From positions 139,707 to 203,706 of the forward strand of contig MU006117.1 of assembly GCA_010093705.1 (NCBI GenBank): a stretch of DNA of 64,000 bases, in the 5' to 3' direction. Of this stretch, positions 58,200 to 64,000 are shown one piece after another. The position numbers were made by a program, and so were the translations under genes. The notes below the pieces were generated by a model. That model worked only from the letters and a program-made list of their open reading frames with translations, did not search any database and was not told the DNA's origin. This stretch comes from Patellaria atrata CBS 101060 (Eukaryota). Numbering within the stretch: position 1 is the first letter of the stretch; each line of letters begins with the position of its first letter.

Positions 58200-59846
58200 G
58201 GCAGTATTACGTGAGATAATGGGTTTGTAGACACCCTCACCGCTCTCCTACAGGAGATATGGGCGAGACTGCAGTATTACATAGTGAGGTGATGAGTTTG
58301 TAGACACCCACACCAACCTCCTACGGGAGATACGGGCGAGATGGCGCATCCGTACAAATACCCCAAGTTTTTAGAACCCCCATGGTCATTTACCCTAATA
58401 GAAGAGGGTTGGAAGCGGTAGTGAAGAATTTGATGGCGGAGAAAGAAGCGAAGGAGAAGGACAAGGAAGGAATGAAGGAAAAAGATGAAGTAGCGGTCGA
58501 CAAATCCGAGGATACCGCTGCCTGGGCCCTCAAATTAAAGGTCAACACTCTCATGGAACGCGATGTCGCAATGAAGAAGGCGATGGAGGAACGTGACGTC
58601 GCGATGAAGAAGGCCCTGGAGAAACGCGACATCATTATGAAGAAGGAGATTGAGGAGTTGAAGGCTCTTTATATGGGGGCGCGCCTCTCGTGCTAAGCCT
58701 GCACCTATCAAGAAAGAGCCTGAAAAGGTCGAGGACGCACACGGGCAGTTCGCCGTTATTGCCCGGTGGCCGTCGGTAAACTCCCTCCCCGGACGAGACG
58801 TTAATATGACACGGAGAGGTGACGGGTTTGTAGACATCCCCACCCTCCTACAGTAAGCTTCAACGAAGAAAGTTCAGAGATGCCGTCACAGGAGGACTGA
58901 ACAGCACTGTCGGTAACCCATTTTCTATGGAGATAAGCCGTATATGGAGAGGGCCCAGATTCGTAGGCACCTGCAAACTCCTCTAACGGGCGAGTTCAGC
59001 AAAGAAGGTACACGATGGTGTTACAGGAGGACCGTTGTCCGCTCGTTGGATGGACACGCACCGTCGGTAAACCCCTTCTTGGACGGGACGGCAATAGGTA
59101 TTCCGTGGAGAGGTGGTAAGCCTGAAGACACCCCCCACTCTCAAAAAGGTACAGGATGGTGTAACAGGAGGACCGTAGCCCGGCCGATATACAGACGCGG
59201 AGAAGTGGTGGGTTTGTCGACATCCCCACCCTCCTACTATCGGATTCAAGTAAGGATTATTCTCCAGGTGGACCTCATCGGACGAGAAGCAAGAGTTCCC
59301 AACGACGATAGATCCAGCAGCAGAATGCAGGATTTGGGTTCACATCGCGCCTTTGGCTGATTTACCACCTCCCCCCCAACTCTCCTCAAACTCCAGACAC
59401 CCCTTCTCGTATTGCTGCCCTCGGCAGGTTGGACCCACACTGTGTATGGAACAGCGGTGGAAATCCGTACAAATACCCCAAGCTTCCCTCCCTGGAACGG
59501 TAGAGGTGTGGGCTATGCTTTACGTGCCCTGGCGGATGGAGATGCTGGTAGAAAGTGGAGGTGGTGGGTTCGTAGACACGCACCCCTCCCACTCCTCTCT
59601 TACAGTCGAGTCCAAAAGAAACTTATCCCTCGATTCCCACCACCACCGCTGAATCTGGCGACGAGCGGAAGCAGACGAAGAACTATAAGCACCATCGACA
59701 CTATTGCTTAAGATACCCCTATCCGGCACGGGCGTGTGGGTTCATAGACACTCACTCCTCACTCCTCTTTCATCACAGTCAATTCCAGCGAAGAAAACTT
59801 ATCCCTCGACCCTCCACTACTACTACCGGTAAATCTGGCGACTGCG
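58200..59846 (+). repeat. Mosaic array of short dispersed repeats, including seven copies of a GGGTTTGTAGACA-centred hairpin motif
   Basis: Core copies at 58221, 58294, 58824, 59118 (diverged), 59210, 59566 and 59738, plus other paired modules (see findings). Confidence 0.8.
58382..58696 (+). CDS. Small coiled-coil protein with a 3 x 11-aa repeat (may be an exon of a larger gene)
   Basis: 104-aa E/K-rich ORF; 33-nt units at 58556, 58589 and 58622 (ERDVAMKKAME / ERDVAMKKALE / KRDIIMKKEIE); 4 of 5 differences between units 1 and 2 are synonymous. Confidence 0.55.
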   Translation: MVIYPNRRGLEAVVKNLMAEKEAKEKDKEGMKEKDEVAVDKSEDTAAWALKLKVNTLMERDVAMKKAMEERDVAMKKALEKRDIIMKKEIEELKALYMGARLSC

Positions 59847-60465
59847 TATTTTGGATGAGATGAGGAGGCACTGTACCCGGCTCAACCGGCGATGGATTTG
59901 GTGCGGGATGAGCTTAGATAAAAACTGTAGCGTTCCTGAGACATCCTTGAAGTAGCGAGATGGTGAGAGAGGGGGTGGAGAGGTGTAGGTACCCCTGGTT
60001 GTTGTGGTATGGGACATTTTGACTGGAGAGTCGGGCTGATTGATAGGTAGATCTTTGATTATGAGGACAGCATGAGGGATATTGAGATGGACGCGCGGGA
60101 GAAGTTGGGTTGGAGGCCAGCATGAGGATGGGATAGGGGTGGTATGCAAGATGAGGAGGGTTTGGGAGGAATACTGGTAGGCGATTTTGTAATGAGGTGT
60201 GAGAGTTAGTGTTTTGATTCGGTTGATATCCTGTATCTCAGTGAGAGGAATTTCGAGGGTTGGAGTTTGATATTACGGATTTCCTAGAGTGTTGGAGCTA
60301 GAAGCATCAAAGACCGAACAGAGTCACAAGGAAATATACCTTGTCTTTTCAAGGACAACACAGTCAGGTTGGGTTAAGAGAAACTTGTCCGAGTAGAACT
60401 ATACACCACCCCATTCTCATCCAATAAATAAGCTATATACATAAAACCCCATAGTGCCCCTCCTC

Positions 60466-61638
60466 CTACAACCTACTCCCCACCGCATCAACACCCCTCC
60501 ACTCCACGACCCCCTCCGTCCCATCAAACCGCCTCTTAACCCTCCAAAACCCAACCTCCATGCCCTCAACATTCTCCAACACCCGCAAGCTCCAGGGGGT
60601 TCGATCACACTCTACCAGCGCCTCCATCGGCAAACCTTCCCCGGTACTAGAAGCCTCTGGGCGGAAGTGGTGGAGGGCGAGATAACGGGGTGGGCGTGAG
60701 TCAGCTGTTTGAGTGTTAGCAAATCTCATGAAGAGTTATCGGGAGTTTGAGGAGATAGGGGATAGGGGAAAGGGGATAAGGGAAAGGGGCAAACCTACTC
60801 CTCTCAAACTTCGTCAATGTGCTCGCGTCAAGGAGTTTGTACCGCAGGCTCTTGACGTGTCCGGGAACTTTAGAGATCATAGGGATGTGCTCTTCGTCGT
60901 ACCATTTGTTGAAGTCGGACTCGGTTGCGGGTGTTGGTTGGATGACAGCGGTTATGAGGTGGGTTGGGGGTTCGTCTGGAATTAGGGGGTTAGTTGAGTT
61001 TGGGGGTTATGGTTTGTTGGGAGCGGAGGTGGAAATAATAGGGGTTATGTGACTACTTTATTTCCTGTGGGATATTTATTCTTTTTGAAATTGGTATCTC
61101 CTTTTAGTAATGAGGAAGGTCTCTTATAAAGAAATAATCGAAAGATTTAAGGACGTGTTCTTGGAACAAGATACAAAAACACCAGAATATAATGCCAAAA
61201 ACCCCCCACAAGACAAAACAAAAAGCCAAAAACGATCTAAAACTTACCACTCGTCACCACCTCACCTGCAAACCCTTCATAAAACCTCGTCTCAAACTCC
61301 GCCCTCCTAAAGATTTCCCTCTCCAACCGTTCCTCCGGCTTCGACTGTCCATCCAAGCCCTTAAACCCCCTGCTCTCGCGGTACGCCGGGTCCGGCATCT
61401 CGTACAGCGTCAACCACTCGTATGGGAGCAGACCTGGGAACTCTTTGCCTTCAAATAAGGGCATGAGGGGGGCTGGGAGCTTTTCGTAACGTACGGCCGT
61501 GGTTAGGCCCGGGAGGGAGAGGACTTGGGGGATGTGTGTGTCTTCGTACCAGGCGTTGAAGGCGAGGGGGGTGAGGGCGGGGGAGAGGGTTTTGGAGGCG
61601 ACGAAGAGGAGGCCGGGGTGTTTTTGGGAGGAGGACAT
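60466..61638 (-). CDS. Tandem EthD-like dimeric alpha/beta-barrel protein; exons 61638-61248, 60975-60799, 60704-60466
   Basis: Two copies of the signature: FNAWYEDTHIPQVLSLPGLTTAVRY and FNKWYDEEHIPMISKVPGHVKSLRY, each followed by a W/Y-L-x-L strand; frame-consistent GT-AG introns. Confidence 0.82.
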
Positions 61639-62597
61639 GGTGGTGACGGTGATGGTGATGGAGATAATTGGATGATACGTGGGTCTGTTGAAGATGATGG
61701 AGTGGAATGAGGTCTTGAGAAGGGGGAAGAACGATGAGAGGGAGTGTTAGGGGGTGGACTATGTGAATTCACTCTTGGGGAGCAAATAGCGATATGAGAG
61801 GTAAGAATGCAAAGGACTCTTGATGTGTTCTTGGACCTTGACTAGTTTCAAACTCAAGAAAGGGTTATACATAGAAGTGATATCTGGAAGAAGACGCGTA
61901 AAAAGCTTGAGGAATGGTTCTGCAATTCGACTCTTTAAACGTGAATGCTCGTGAGATACAATTGAGCAAGAGAGAACGAACCCGTAGAAGATAGAGTTCA
62001 AACTGTGAACAGAGGAAAGCAAACCACGCCCATCTCAATCCCATCTCTTGATCCAATCTCTCCATCTCTTCCGAGCCTCATCTCAGAATCTGGGGAAGGC
62101 CGGCAGCATCCTATGAACCGAATCTGGCAATCGTTAGCCGTCCCTTCCCCGGATCTCAAACCCCACCTTCTCAGTTAGATCGCGGGGAAGGGAACGAGAA
62201 ATATCAACGCCCGCCCCGTCAGTGTAGAAGGAACTCCGAACTCCTTCAAGTAAAATACCGTTCTTGTAAGATAGAACTCGCTTCTCGTATAATTTTCTTA
62301 TTAAGAAGAAAGATACAATGCGCCTAAGCGCCTGAGCGGCAACTAGAGCCGACATACCGGCTCACATGCGCGGTTGCGTAGAGCCCACCAGGCCCACCTT
62401 ACTTACGGTATCATCGTACAGGCTGCAACCCACCTTGTACAGTATCTGAATCGCAAGAGACCCTACCTAGTTCTACCTACAGCGACGTCGCAGTATGTCG
62501 ATCTCTCTCGCTGCCGGCCCATGTCGTAATAAACTGTCAAAACCCACCTACCTGGAGCGCCCGCACATGCAAATTGATGTAGACAGTAAAATCGTCG

Positions 62598-62631
62598 CTG
62601 TCGCTCTGTCGCTCTGTCGCTCTGTCGCTCT
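62598..62631 (+). repeat. (CTGTCGCT)4 octamer microsatellite
   Basis: ctgtcgct ctgtcgct ctgtcgct ctgtcgct ct read directly. Confidence 0.9.
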
Positions 62632-64000
62632 TTATGAACGGCGCCCAGAGATGTGCGAAGCCTGAAATGAGATCTTGTGCGATATATTTCGTCCAAGGCT
62701 GAATTTCCAAGATCCCAAGCAATATTATCCATAGTCGCACAGTATGTATAGATACGTACTCAGTACCATAAGGCATACTGCTGCATCCTTATTACTATTT
62801 TACTTCTTATTTTTCATCTTTTATTTTTCATTTTCTTTTTTCGCGCCTGAACAGCGGTGAAATGCTTTGCCGACTTATCGCCCTTATTTATCCTATCCGA
62901 CAACGTACCGTAAGATGAGAAGCTAAGACTGGTATATGTACTATAGTCGGATGGGGAGGCCGTCCACGGAAAATAAGCCAACGGTCCCTTGGGTGCTGGT
63001 CACCAGTTGGAGTGTGGGGAGGGGAGGACGAGGGAAGACGAGGGTGAGGTGAGGTCACTTCCGGGTAGTTGCGGGACCTGAAGCTCCACTCTGAGTGACT
63101 GACGTTTTCGGCCGAAGGAAAAAGAACCAGGAAATAAATAACAACCACGGGATTACTTGGTGCTATGTATGATATTATGGATAACGATATACAGCTGGTA
63201 ATAATATACTGCAAAAGTCTCATAAGCTCTAAGATCAAGATGTTATGTTTAAGGCGAAGATGATATTCGACCTCGAATCCTTTTCCGGTCGTCCATGCGA
63301 TGCTGCGTGAGGTAATAGATCGAAATGATTGGACCGAGCGTTAGATGAAAAATCACGCACACAAGCCGTTGCACATCACCGACGGCATGGGAACGGAACT
63401 AAAAACTGCCTTGTTGGAGGAATAATAATAATGATGATAATAATAAGTCGCAAGCTATCTTTTCGCATGTGCTCGGTTGGATGGACACGATAGGTAAAAA
63501 GGAGACTAGAAGAATATTCTTGAGGACAAGACAATTAGAACTGGACAAGAGCCACCCAGATTCTCGATCTCGCTACCCTAGCGAGAGAGACCCAAGAACC
63601 TACTAAATAAGAAAAGCCTTTGCAAAAGTCGCAATTTGGGGCAGACCCAGAACGCCTTTCACATTCGTGCCGCACTGGAGCGAATGCAAATTGATAACAG
63701 CCCCGACCATAAGTCCTAGGAAATAATAATAGGGTGGCCGTGAAGAAATATGTACGGGAGACAATAGGAAAGATACTCTGTACAATCCAGCAGTCGACCG
63801 TAGACGACAGCGTGCAACATAAAACTCATGCACGATAGAAAGGACCCTTTACTGAAAGAAGTAGGAGAACCCGCCTAAGATGCAGAGGGGAAAAAGAGGT
63901 GACGTAGACACGATGACCGCTCCACCTGTTCGTGAGAAGGAAATCAGACTCGAGAAAGTGATCCACCCTTGCAGATTAAAAATAAGGTATACTGTAGCGC

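Noticed and set aside
58200..59846. CRISPR-like array
   Set aside because: Eukaryotic context, degenerate repeats, irregular 73-530 nt spacing, spacers that are themselves repeated, and no cas genes.
59823..60290. Minus-strand open frame LEIPLTEIQDINRIKTL...
   Set aside because: No clear start or family motif; lies in a strongly skewed patch that suppresses stop codons.
62000..64000. Short ORFs and an (AAT)n run at the right end
   Set aside because: No coding signal; ordinary intergenic simple repeats.

Overview
Filamentous ascomycete (Pezizomycotina-type) nuclear DNA with short GT-AG introns and CTRAC branch points; one 100-N assembly gap at 2285-2384. Recognisable genes, in order: 5' part of an O-methyltransferase, sconB/MET30, a GIG1-like HIT-fold protein, DOA10, an uncharacterised Q/H/P-rich protein with a duplicated domain, a head-to-head mccB-ivdA leucine-catabolism pair, a D-lactate dehydrogenase, a secreted TAP-like alpha/beta hydrolase, an 871-aa orphan ORF, a GYP2/MDR1 Rab-GAP, a BTB gene broken by an in-frame TGA, a PKA catalytic subunit (pkaB type), VMA11, ROM2 and a tandem EthD-like barrel protein. 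The most interesting signals are non-coding. (1) A 148-bp, 70% GC, tRNA-derived element at 25941-26088 has consensus Pol III A and B boxes, two 3' hairpins, a T-run and a 7-bp flanking direct repeat; it is a candidate new SINE or Pol III RNA. (2) About ten sharp C-rich to G-rich strand-skew switches with GC-rich centres occur regardless of gene orientation. (3) A 57.2-59.9 kb mosaic contains a captured ROM2 fragment and seven copies of a hairpin motif. All calls come from reading the sequence; no database searches were run.
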